Part shown: piece by piece, positions 36,757 to 45,678 of the stretch | Layout: the number at the start of each line of letters is the position of its first letter | How positions within the stretch are numbered: position 1 is the first letter of the stretch | Source: Gammaproteobacteria bacterium | GTDB lineage: Bacteria; Pseudomonadota; Gammaproteobacteria; Eutrophobiales; Eutrophobiaceae | Assembly (NCBI GenBank): GCA_021773235.1 | Contig: JAJFKL010000048.1 | Location: forward strand, 44,687-108,686 | Direction of reading: 5' to 3' | DNA length: 64,000 nucleotides | Program-made: the position numbers and the translations under genes | Notes under the pieces: model-generated | Seen by the model: only the letters and a program-made list of their open reading frames with translations | The model's database searches: none | Told to the model about the DNA's origin: nothing

Positions 36757-37327
36757 TACTCAAACAACATCGCAAGAAAATAAACCAAAGCGCTGGGTTT
36801 ATCTTTTGCCATTGGGTCTGTTTGCCGTACTCATGGTGTTTTTCTTTTTTGGGCTTGGACTCAACCCCCGATTAATACCTTCACCTTTAATCGGCCAGCC
36901 AGCACCTGAGTTTTCATTGCCAAAACTAAGCAACCCTAATGAATTAATTCAGCATACGGATTTGAAAGGCGAAGTTAGTTTGTTAAATATTTGGGCAACG
37001 TGGTGTACCTCTTGTCGACAAGAACACCCTGTTTTGATGAAGATAGCTGAAAGCAAGGAAGTGCCTATCTATGGTTTATATTATAAAGACGTTCCTGAAC
37101 AAGGAGTCGTTTGGTTACAAAATTATGGAAATCCATACCTTGAAAATGCCGTAGATGAAGATGGGAAAGTCGGTATCGAATGGGGTGCTTATGGAACACC
37201 TGAAACATTTCTTCTCGATCGAGATGGAATTATTCGCTACAAGCACGTTGGCCCTATTAGCTGGCATGAATGGGAAACCAAATTACTACCTATGATCGAT
37301 TCATTAAGGAAGAATAATGATGTCTAG
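36731..37327 (+). CDS. ccmG: Thiol:disulfide oxidoreductase CcmG/DsbE
   Basis: N-terminal TM anchor. WATWCTSC thioredoxin CxxC motif and GAYGTPETFL block. An alternative start at 36740 is possible. Confidence 0.85.
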   Translation: MKIMSQPADTQTTSQENKPKRWVYLLPLGLFAVLMVFFFFGLGLNPRLIPSPLIGQPAPEFSLPKLSNPNELIQHTDLKGEVSLLNIWATWCTSCRQEHPVLMKIAESKEVPIYGLYYKDVPEQGVVWLQNYGNPYLENAVDEDGKVGIEWGAYGTPETFLLDRDGIIRYKHVGPISWHEWETKLLPMIDSLRKNNDV

Positions 37328-37787
37328 GCTTACTTGCTTGTGCCTATTGTTATTCTTTGTAACGACAGTCTCTGCAGAAATCGCTGGATTTCCATTTGAA
37401 AGCGAAGCACAAGAACAACGCTTTCGTGATCTATCGTCCGAACTTCGTTGTCTAGTTTGCCAAAATCAATCTCTGGCAGATTCTAATGCAGGCTTAGCTC
37501 AAGATCTTCGCTCAGAATTATATGAACAGGTTCTAACGGGCAATTCGAGTAATCAGATCATTAGCTTTATGACTGAGCGTTATGGTGATTTTATTTTGTA
37601 CAAACCCAGGTTTGCGACGAAAACATTATTTCTCTGGTTAGCACCTTTTCTCTTATTCATTGTCGGCGTTTTCTTTTTAATCAGGTTTAGCAAGCTTCGA
37701 AATCAAACTCAATCTATTGGCGCAACTGAAGAAGAATTACAAAAAATACGTGAACTGCTACAAGCAGAGGAAAAAGAAAATCAATGA
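37317..37787 (+). CDS. ccmH: Cytochrome c maturation protein CcmH
   Basis: LRCLVCQNQSLADS (LRCxxC) motif. 156 aa with a C-terminal TM helix. Confidence 0.85.
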   Translation: MMSRLTCLCLLLFFVTTVSAEIAGFPFESEAQEQRFRDLSSELRCLVCQNQSLADSNAGLAQDLRSELYEQVLTGNSSNQIISFMTERYGDFILYKPRFATKTLFLWLAPFLLFIVGVFFLIRFSKLRNQTQSIGATEEELQKIRELLQAEEKENQ

Positions 37788-39001
37788 CCTTCATCTTACT
37801 AACTCTGGCTATAGCAGTGATTGCGGTCTTATTTTTACTGTTGCCATTATTTTCAAAAAAAGGACAGCAATCTAAAGTAGAACGGGATGCCGTCAATATT
37901 CAAGCTGCAGCAACAAGACTTTCCGAATTGAAACTTGAATTAGAAAATGGGCTAATAAGCCAGGATAGATTCGATAATTACAAACTTGAGTTAGAAACAG
38001 CTGCGCTTGATGATTTACGCAATGACGCTTCATCTGAAACTCAAGAGCATAAAGGCAATAGAATATTAGCCGTCATAGTAGCACTGTTAGTACCCTTGCT
38101 TTCTATTGTCATATATCAGCAACTGGGGAATGAAGCCGCTTTTCACCCTGAATTACAAACTGATGAATCTGCCATAGCAAGTCAAGAAATTGAAAAAATG
38201 CTTGTCGCAGTAGAACAGGCAGTGAAGGAAAACCCGGATGACATAGAAGGAAGGATAGCCTTAGCGCAAGTTTATGTTGAATTAGAAAGATACAGTGACG
38301 CTGCAACTGTTTATCTTGAACTTATGAAACTGCGTCCTAACGATCCTGACGTACTGGTTAACTATGCTGAAGCGTTGGCACGTTCACATGGAAACCGTTT
38401 AACCGGAAAACCGACTGAATTATTAAACGAAGCTCTGGAGATAGAACCAAAACATGGGCGCGCACTTTGGCTCGCTGGGTTTGCCGAACAACAGGCTGAC
38501 AATAAAGAAGGCGCATTAGCACACTGGCGTCATCTACTTGCCGGCATGGAAGAAGGCTCAGAAGTACATAAACATCTTGAAAATTTAATTTCCGAACTGG
38601 AGAGCGGTACATCAGTCCCAGAAAACCACACTGCAGTTCAACAAAGTGATGTGCAACAATCCATTCAAGTGAAAGTTGCCTTATCATCGGAATTTCTGAC
38701 CAAAGTAGATCCAAATACAACTCTGTTTATTTATGCACGCGCGTCTGAAGGACCACCTATGCCGCTTGCAGTACATAAAGGTTTAGCTAAGGACCTTCCA
38801 ATCACTGTGACGCTTGATGACAGTATGGCGATGATGCCGCAAATGACGCTTTCTAGTTTTCCCAAAGTAATTGTCGGAGCCAGACTTTCTAGCAACGGGC
38901 AACCTCAGGGTCAGACAGGCGATTACGAAGGTTATTCAGATGCGATTGAGGTTTCAGCTAACCCCGTAGTGGATATCCTTATCAATTCGGTAAAACCTTG
39001 A
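37784..39001 (+). CDS. ccmI: Apocytochrome c chaperone CcmI (CycH), two-TM N-domain plus TPR domain
   Basis: TM1, charged loop, TM2, then TPR repeats. Last gene of the ccm operon. ATGA overlap with ccmH. Confidence 0.75.
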   Translation: MTFILLTLAIAVIAVLFLLLPLFSKKGQQSKVERDAVNIQAAATRLSELKLELENGLISQDRFDNYKLELETAALDDLRNDASSETQEHKGNRILAVIVALLVPLLSIVIYQQLGNEAAFHPELQTDESAIASQEIEKMLVAVEQAVKENPDDIEGRIALAQVYVELERYSDAATVYLELMKLRPNDPDVLVNYAEALARSHGNRLTGKPTELLNEALEIEPKHGRALWLAGFAEQQADNKEGALAHWRHLLAGMEEGSEVHKHLENLISELESGTSVPENHTAVQQSDVQQSIQVKVALSSEFLTKVDPNTTLFIYARASEGPPMPLAVHKGLAKDLPITVTLDDSMAMMPQMTLSSFPKVIVGARLSSNGQPQGQTGDYEGYSDAIEVSANPVVDILINSVKP

Positions 39002-39047
39002 TCATAAAGCTTTTATTTGCTGCAGTGCGATATTTCATTTAAAGCAA

Positions 39048-39089
39048 TGGTACCAAATATTAACAATATCTTGGTACTACTCTAGTACC
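39048..39089. promoter_or_regulatory. Direct repeat TGGTACCA-N16-TGGTACTA plus an adjacent inverted half-site (TAGTACC), upstream of haoA
   Basis: TGGTACCA 39048-55 and TGGTACTA 39072-79. GGTACTA-ctc-TAGTACC is a 7-bp inverted repeat (39073-39089). The identical 32-bp architecture recurs at 41906-41937. Confidence 0.6.
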
Positions 39090-39180
39090 TCTGTAAAGAC
39101 TAGTATCCCTGTAGGGTATCACTGAATTCTATATTCGGTGTTGTTGTGGCTTTGGTCCACAATCATTTAGGGGATAACAC

Positions 39181-40692
39181 ATGAGAATAATAAACTTAAT
39201 CAGTACCTTGCTGCTCTTATTGACTGCATCAGTCTATGCAAATGCCGCTACAGATACATATGATTATGGATCACTAAAGACAAAATATTATGCTGATCAT
39301 CCAGGGAAAGGTAAGTACGCCGATCTTTGGGAACCTATCCCTATCCAGCAATACTGGAACCCGATCACTTTTTACAAACCACCACAAACTATCAAAGGTG
39401 ATTTTAAAGCAGCTGAATGTGTTGCCTGTCACCAAGGTACAAGTCCTGGCTGGGTTCACGCATGGAAAGACAGCACACATGCTAATCTTGAAGAACTACG
39501 TGGCTTGCCAGCCAGCGATTCTCGTTTTTACAAAAAAGCAAAGCTAGAAGAAGTAGAAGCAGGACTGCAAAAACGTGGTGTACTCAAAAAAGGTCAAAAG
39601 CTCGCTGAAGTCGGTTGTATTGATTGTCATGGTGGCGTTGGTCAAGCATCACTTAAACATGATATAGACTTGCGTATGCCTGATCGAGCCGCTTGCGGTG
39701 AGTGTCATGTTCAGGAATTCGGCCAAGCCGAGGCTGAAAAAGAACAAAAGTGGCCGCAAGATCAATGGGGTGAAGGACACCCATCTCACGCAATGGACTG
39801 GAAGGCCAATGTAGAGACAGGTATCTGGGCAGGAATGTCACAACGAGAAGTCGCTCAAGGTTGTGATATGTGTCACTACCAACAAAACAAATGTGATGGC
39901 TGTCATACACGCCACACCTTCTCTGCCGCTGAAGCACGTAAACCTGAAGCTTGTGCAACCTGCCATAACGGTGTCGACCACAATGAATTTGAAGGTTATA
40001 TGTACTCCAAACATGGCGTGCTTTATGAAACCACAGGTAAAGCAGAATGGGATTTTGAAGTACAACTTAAAGATGCAATTGCAAAAGGTGGATATACCGC
40101 GCCTACATGTGCATGGTGTCACTTTGAATTCGAAGGTGAATTTTCACATAACTTAGTTCGCAAAGTACGTTGGGCATTTAACCCAACGCCTGCTATTGCA
40201 GACAACCTCGACCATCCCTGGTTCGAAAAACGCAAAGAAGCATGGATAGGCACTTGTGCTAACTGTCACTCTGCCCGTTTTTCTAAAGCATGGTTAGATA
40301 CTGCTGATAAAGGAACCATTCAAGGCTTGGCAGTTGAACAAGAAGCAAAACAGATTGTACAAAAATTGTATGACGATGGTTTGATGGTCGGTCAACAGAC
40401 TAACCGCCCTGCACCACCAAAACCTGAAAAGGACGGCCCAGGAGCATTCTTTGGGTTGTTCTTTGCTAAAGGAAATAATCCATCGTTCGTAGATCGTACC
40501 TACGCTGAGATGTGGGAACATGACTTGATCAAGCATTACAAAGGTCTGTTCCATGTCAATCCAGGAGGTTTCACCTACTCTGAAGGCTGGGCAAGACTGA
40601 TGCGTCGCTATGCAGAAATTCAGGATGCAAATACACAAATCAGAGAAATGGATGCCTTAAAGAAAAAGGTAGAAGCACTAAGCAATAAGTAA
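39181..40692 (+). CDS. haoA: Octaheme hydroxylamine oxidoreductase (HAO) family cytochrome c
   Basis: Signal peptide. Eight CxxCH motifs (CVACH, CIDCH, CGECH, CDMCH, CDGCH, CATCH, CAWCH, CANCH). 503 aa. C-terminal NPGGFTYSEGW contains a Tyr where I recall the P460 cross-linking Tyr of oxidative HAOs. Confidence 0.8.
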   Translation: MRIINLISTLLLLLTASVYANAATDTYDYGSLKTKYYADHPGKGKYADLWEPIPIQQYWNPITFYKPPQTIKGDFKAAECVACHQGTSPGWVHAWKDSTHANLEELRGLPASDSRFYKKAKLEEVEAGLQKRGVLKKGQKLAEVGCIDCHGGVGQASLKHDIDLRMPDRAACGECHVQEFGQAEAEKEQKWPQDQWGEGHPSHAMDWKANVETGIWAGMSQREVAQGCDMCHYQQNKCDGCHTRHTFSAAEARKPEACATCHNGVDHNEFEGYMYSKHGVLYETTGKAEWDFEVQLKDAIAKGGYTAPTCAWCHFEFEGEFSHNLVRKVRWAFNPTPAIADNLDHPWFEKRKEAWIGTCANCHSARFSKAWLDTADKGTIQGLAVEQEAKQIVQKLYDDGLMVGQQTNRPAPPKPEKDGPGAFFGLFFAKGNNPSFVDRTYAEMWEHDLIKHYKGLFHVNPGGFTYSEGWARLMRRYAEIQDANTQIREMDALKKKVEALSNK

Positions 40693-40804
40693 ACTGATTA
40701 TTGCTTAACCCCATACAACAGGTAACAAGGATGTTACCCTGTGCATGGGATCTATCAGTTTTAGTATTCCTCTAAAACTTCACACATCACATATTCTTAT
40801 AAAA

Positions 40805-41884
40805 ATGCTATCTATTAAAAAACAACATGCTTTCATACGCACAACCATACTGTCAGGCATTGTTCTGGCAATAGCTATTTCAGGTTTGGTCTACATTATT
40901 AATTCAAACAAACCAGAACAAGCTAATTTAATTAATGACGACATTACGGAACCTGAAAGTAAGATATTCACCATAACAACATCATCAGATATAGAAAAAT
41001 TATCTTCTTTAAATCCCTTTTTCAAAATTAATTCTATTGAGACATATCATATTTCTCTTGAAGAGAACGACTCACACGATCTCTCTGTAGCGACATACAC
41101 TGATGGTCAAGGTGAAGATAAGAAAGCTATCATCTATCTACCTGATGCAGATGATAATGCCACGGATGGTGAGTCTACTACCGACAAAGCTAAAAAAGCT
41201 TTTTCATCTGCAGACAAATCATCACATTATCGTTATGAAAAATGGCTAGCAACTTCAGAAGCTATAAAAAAATACACAAATGAACAATCTTTGTTTGTTT
41301 CATATTGGGATAACGCACAAAAAATTCATTTATTCACCGGACGCGAAACATGGATAACCAGCCCGGATAAAAATGCTTACAGTTCACCAGCAGAGCAAGC
41401 ATTATGGGAATCAGTAGCGGGTGGTTTTGATACCGATGGAAAGCTTTCTAAATTCAGTGAGTATTTATTGCAAGATATGGATACAGCGATTACTGAATTA
41501 AAAAAAGAATTATCTGATGAAAGAGAGTCTTATATAGTAGTAAGTAATGATGACCTTGCGCATGTTCAGGAAATTGCTGCGCTTACTGGGCAAGGATTGC
41601 CATTGGAAACCAAGCTATTCCCTGCCGCCGCAGAATTACATAATAGTATTTCTAAAGTGAAAGAATGGGCTAAAGAAGGAAATGGCACTGGAAGCTATTT
41701 AGTGCAACCGATGTCAGAAAAATTTAATCGTGTTTGGCGTGTCACTGATAAATCATTTGAAGATTCCTTATTGGTACGATTGCTACCCTTTACATCCTCG
41801 TTAGATAGACCATTTGATAAAACAAAGTTGGTATACCAATCTGATTGGGGCGCTTATATTAGTATCTACCAACTGATTAATTGA
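40805..41884 (+). CDS. haoB: HaoB-like N-terminally anchored protein (orf2 position downstream of haoA)
   Basis: Called by position and architecture only (single N-terminal TM, about 360 aa). Start taken at Met 40805 rather than 40745. Confidence 0.5.
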   Translation: MLSIKKQHAFIRTTILSGIVLAIAISGLVYIINSNKPEQANLINDDITEPESKIFTITTSSDIEKLSSLNPFFKINSIETYHISLEENDSHDLSVATYTDGQGEDKKAIIYLPDADDNATDGESTTDKAKKAFSSADKSSHYRYEKWLATSEAIKKYTNEQSLFVSYWDNAQKIHLFTGRETWITSPDKNAYSSPAEQALWESVAGGFDTDGKLSKFSEYLLQDMDTAITELKKELSDERESYIVVSNDDLAHVQEIAALTGQGLPLETKLFPAAAELHNSISKVKEWAKEGNGTGSYLVQPMSEKFNRVWRVTDKSFEDSLLVRLLPFTSSLDRPFDKTKLVYQSDWGAYISIYQLIN

Positions 41885-41905
41885 TATTTTAATCGCTGTA
41901 CGCAT

Positions 41906-41937
41906 TGGTACCATAAACAAAACAACCATTGGTACTA
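41906..41937. promoter_or_regulatory. Direct repeat TGGTACCA-N16-TGGTACTA upstream of the MocR-type regulator gene
   Basis: TGGTACCA 41906-13 and TGGTACTA 41930-37. Lies about 66 nt upstream of the GTG start at 42004. Same half-sites and spacing as 39048-39079. Confidence 0.6.
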
Positions 41938-42003
41938 TCAATTATCGAATTAGACCTGATATATTAGAACCATCATCATTAATGTTATGCATGCAATGTA
42001 GGG

Positions 42004-43497
42004 GTGACATTTGTGCAAATTTCAATAAGTCTGGATTCTAATAGCGAACATTCTTTACAAAATCAGGTGTTCGAATCGATTCGAGAACAGATTTTAAGCG
42101 GTCATCTAAAATCAGGCATGCTAATGCCATCCACTCGCATATTAAATGAACAGCTAAGTGTATCTCGCAATACCATCATCCTCGCCTACGACAGATTAAT
42201 CGCAGAAGGTTATTTATTTTCTAAAAAGACGGTCGGCACATTCGTCAACCCTAATCTGCCGGAAGATTCATTGATGTTAATGGACGAAAACTCCAAAAAC
42301 ACAATTAAACGTGTACAAGATAAAGAAAAATCTACGCCCAAAAGACATCCTGTCGCATTTCAAGGCCGTGTTCAGGCATTGTTCAATCCTTATAGAGAAA
42401 AATTAGACGTTGATTTTTGGGTAGGAAGACCGGACCCACAATCCTTCCCTATCAATATCTGGCGTCAGCTTACTTTAAAGAACCTATCTCACTCAGGTTC
42501 GAGTATGACTGAATACCATGATCCTGCAGGCATTTACGATTTACGTAAAGCAATCGCTGATCATCTTCGACCAGCTAGAGGTATTGAATGTAGTCCGGAG
42601 CAGATCATTATAGTGAATGGCATTCAAGAGGCTCTTAATGTGGTCTCACGCGTCTTGATAAAACAAGACACCCCAGCGGTAATGGAGTGCCCCTGCTACC
42701 AAGGCGCTGCTTATGTATTAGAAAGTTATGGCGCAAAATTACACCCAGTGCCTGTTGATAGTGAGGGGCTTGATGTAAATCTATTGCCTGACAAAGAAAC
42801 TGCGCTAGCCTATGTCACACCATCGCATCAATATCCTCTAGGCGCTACCTTGCCGTTGGAACGGCGAGTGCGTTTACTTGATTGGGCCAGAGATACAGGT
42901 GCCTATATTGTTGAAGATGATTACGATAGTGATTTCCGTCATCAAGGCTCTCCTTTAACGGCCGTCGCAGGTCAGGACAGATACGGTTATGTGATTTATA
43001 TGGGGACCTTCTCAAAATCTATTGGTGCAGCTTTGCGCCTAGGCTATATGGTTATGCCTGAAGAATTGGTTGAGCCTGCAAGAACAGCCAAAGCTCTCAT
43101 GGATAACGGTCACGCCTGGTTAGATCAGGCTGTAATGATGGAATTCATAACAAGCGGCGCTTACCTTAAACACCTACGTTGTATCAGGCGTACATATTTA
43201 AGTCGACGAGATACTTTGATACAAGAACTTCAAAATAACTTTGGTGATGTACAATTATCAGGCTTGGAGGGTGGCATGCATCTGGTTTGGCATTTACCAG
43301 AATCTCTGCCTGAGGCTAAAGAAGTTCAACAAGTTGCACAAGATGCTGGAGTAGGCATTTATTCCTTACCGGCAGCGGCAGCACATGATTTTGGTAAAAA
43401 AGGCTACCGTGAACGTGCACTGCTATTCGGTTACTCATCAACTACTGAAGACCAAATCCGTGACGGTATTGCAAGGATTTCTAACGCATTAAAATGA
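42004..43497 (+). CDS. MocR-family regulator (GntR wHTH fused to a PLP-dependent aminotransferase-like domain)
   Basis: N-terminal GntR HTH (LPSTRILNEQLSVSRNTIILAYDRLIAEGYL). Fold-type I aminotransferase domain with PLP-Lys in YMGTFSKSIG. 497 aa. Confidence 0.85.
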   Translation: MTFVQISISLDSNSEHSLQNQVFESIREQILSGHLKSGMLMPSTRILNEQLSVSRNTIILAYDRLIAEGYLFSKKTVGTFVNPNLPEDSLMLMDENSKNTIKRVQDKEKSTPKRHPVAFQGRVQALFNPYREKLDVDFWVGRPDPQSFPINIWRQLTLKNLSHSGSSMTEYHDPAGIYDLRKAIADHLRPARGIECSPEQIIIVNGIQEALNVVSRVLIKQDTPAVMECPCYQGAAYVLESYGAKLHPVPVDSEGLDVNLLPDKETALAYVTPSHQYPLGATLPLERRVRLLDWARDTGAYIVEDDYDSDFRHQGSPLTAVAGQDRYGYVIYMGTFSKSIGAALRLGYMVMPEELVEPARTAKALMDNGHAWLDQAVMMEFITSGAYLKHLRCIRRTYLSRRDTLIQELQNNFGDVQLSGLEGGMHLVWHLPESLPEAKEVQQVAQDAGVGIYSLPAAAAHDFGKKGYRERALLFGYSSTTEDQIRDGIARISNALK

Positions 43498-43659
43498 CAG
43501 TAGCAGTACATTAGTTATTTTCTCTTCTGAATATCTATCACGGTCCTTTCTCCACAGGATCGACTTAGGCTATACTTCGCATCCAAATTGAAATAGGGGC
43601 ATTTATCTCCAGCAACAAATCTATTTCATTAGCTGCAAAAATAAACAAAATCAGGTTAT

Positions 43660-44631
43660 ATGTTTAAAGAGAAATCAACGTCACAAAAGATAATAATAAT
43701 CATATTAGTATTGCTGTTATCTGTATTCGCTATTGGACTATACCAGTACTTAACCCAACCTGAGTTTGTTGAACAGGTAACTCTTTTAGAAGAGTTAAGT
43801 TCAGCTGATTCTGATGAAGAGAAAGCAGCTTCTGTAGAAAAAATGTTAGTACATCTTGAGCAAAGACTGCTCAACAACCCAGATGATGCTGAAAGTTGGC
43901 TAATCCTAGTCAATTCTTATACTACCCTTGAACGCTACGATGATGCCTTAAGAGCTATCGAAAACTTATATCGAATTAAAGGAAAAGATTCATCAGTCAT
44001 GTTCCGATATGCCGATATCATGTCCATGGTTAACAATGGACGCTTTAAAGGTAAGCCAACTGAATTAATTGATGAAGCGCTGCTCATTGACCCAACAAAT
44101 AAAAATGGCCTTTGGTTAGCGGGACTTGCAGCGATACAGAATGCGGATATTAAAAAAGCACTAAAACATTGGCAACAACTTCATGGTCTATTTGATGAAA
44201 ACTCAGAGTCGCAACTGAAAATAAAACACTATATAGACTTGGCACGTGAACAATTAGTTGAAACAGACACAGAGCCTGCCAATGATTTAGCGCTTCATGT
44301 TGATGTTAGCCTGTCAAAAACTTTATTAAATGAAGCCGACGAAGATGATGATGTCTTTATTTATGCAAAGGCCATTGATGAATCGCTTATGCCGTTAGCA
44401 GTTATGCGTAAAAAAGTGAGCGACCTTCCCCTGCAAGTGATACTTAACGACTCAATGGCACTGATATCCACAAATAAATTATCTGATCACAAACAGATCC
44501 AGCTTATTGCCAGAGTATCAAAAAGTGGTAATGTCAAAACAACTCCTGGGGACCTCATTGGCATCCTCGACTTAGTTCCAACTAAACTATATTTACCCGT
44601 CAAGTTGGTAATCGATGATGTAGCTCAATAA
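43660..44631 (+). CDS. CcmI-like TPR protein (paralogue of the CcmI C-terminal domain, single TM anchor)
   Basis: Alignable with the TPR and C-terminal region of CcmI at 37784..39001 (e.g. GKPTEL..EAL.I.P....LWLAG.A; FIYA.A......PLAV......LP..V.L.DSMA). Lacks the two-TM N-domain. Confidence 0.6.
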   Translation: MFKEKSTSQKIIIIILVLLLSVFAIGLYQYLTQPEFVEQVTLLEELSSADSDEEKAASVEKMLVHLEQRLLNNPDDAESWLILVNSYTTLERYDDALRAIENLYRIKGKDSSVMFRYADIMSMVNNGRFKGKPTELIDEALLIDPTNKNGLWLAGLAAIQNADIKKALKHWQQLHGLFDENSESQLKIKHYIDLAREQLVETDTEPANDLALHVDVSLSKTLLNEADEDDDVFIYAKAIDESLMPLAVMRKKVSDLPLQVILNDSMALISTNKLSDHKQIQLIARVSKSGNVKTTPGDLIGILDLVPTKLYLPVKLVIDDVAQ

Positions 44632-44762
44632 GAGCCAATGATTGCTGATATAAAGGACAATTCCACCTAAATAATCTTCACAATCTACCGATATAGTCAT
44701 TACCGGTATTTATATTTCTTATAAATAATAATAAAAATGACGAATTCTTGAGAGAGTAATTG

Positions 44763-45536
44763 ATGTGTGAATTATTAGGATTGTGTGCAAATGAGCCTGC
44801 AGACATACGTTTCAGCTTCTCGGGCTTAAAACAGCGCGGAGGAAAAACTGGCATTCATAAAGATGGCTGGGGCATAAGCCTCTATGAAGGCAAAGCAAGT
44901 CGAACCTTTCATGATCCAGAATCCAGTGCAACATCAGAAATGGCTCATTTTTTTCAAAGCACACCTATCAAAAGCAAAATTATCATCAGTCATATAAGGC
45001 AGGCAAATCGCGGTCGAGTCTGCCTCGAAAATACTCACCCATTCAGTCGAGAATTATGGGGTTGTGACTGGGTCTTCGCGCATAACGGACAATTGACAGG
45101 CATTAAAAAAACGCCTCTTCAATTTTATCGTCCTATAGGGACAACAGATAGTGAGTACGCCTTTTGTTATATGATGGATAAAATAAGAGGAGAGTTTCCA
45201 CGCCGTCCAAATAGTAAGAAAAAACTCTGGTCATTTATTGAGTCAACAGCAAGAGAAATAAATCAATTTGGCGTTTTCAGCTTTTTGCTCAGCGACTCAC
45301 GTTTTATGTATGCTTATTGCAGCAACAAAATGTGTTGGGTGACACGTCAATACCCTTTTGGTGAGGCGCGTTTAGTTGATACTGGAGAAGTAATCGACTT
45401 TAGTACTAAGCTCTCAAAAGATGAGGTTGTTACCGTGATCGCCTCTTCCGCCCTAACAGATAATGAACATTGGCAATGCATGGAAAAAGGTGAATTTAGA
45501 GTCTTTAACAACGGCAGGTCAAATCGTTTATCTTGA
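44763..45536 (+). CDS. Class II (Ntn) glutamine amidotransferase, YafJ-like
   Basis: Met-Cys N-terminus (MCELLG). HIRQAN.G......THPF and AHNG motifs. Confidence 0.75.
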   Translation: MCELLGLCANEPADIRFSFSGLKQRGGKTGIHKDGWGISLYEGKASRTFHDPESSATSEMAHFFQSTPIKSKIIISHIRQANRGRVCLENTHPFSRELWGCDWVFAHNGQLTGIKKTPLQFYRPIGTTDSEYAFCYMMDKIRGEFPRRPNSKKKLWSFIESTAREINQFGVFSFLLSDSRFMYAYCSNKMCWVTRQYPFGEARLVDTGEVIDFSTKLSKDEVVTVIASSALTDNEHWQCMEKGEFRVFNNGRSNRLS

Positions 45537-45678
45537 GTCATTATCAAATAAGAAAAGACCGAAAAAAGCATATCATTATGCTAATATTATATTCTAGTGG
45601 ACGTCATACACAGTATTGTAAATGACAATTTATATTCCCTACACACCAGCCAACAAACAAGAAAAGGCGCTAAAATAA

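Noticed and set aside
39048-39079. Reading TGGTAC-N5-... as a sigma-54 (-24/-12) promoter for haoA
   Set aside because: The GG is present, but no GC dinucleotide occurs at the -12 spacing (TGGTACcaaatATTA, TGGTACtactcTAGT). The exact duplication upstream of the MocR gene fits a repressor or activator direct repeat better.
40745-40804. Longer start for the haoB-like gene
   Set aside because: The extension begins immediately after, and partly abuts, the haoA-haoB intergenic hairpin. The Met at 40805 gives the expected short cytoplasmic tail plus TM anchor. This remains uncertain.
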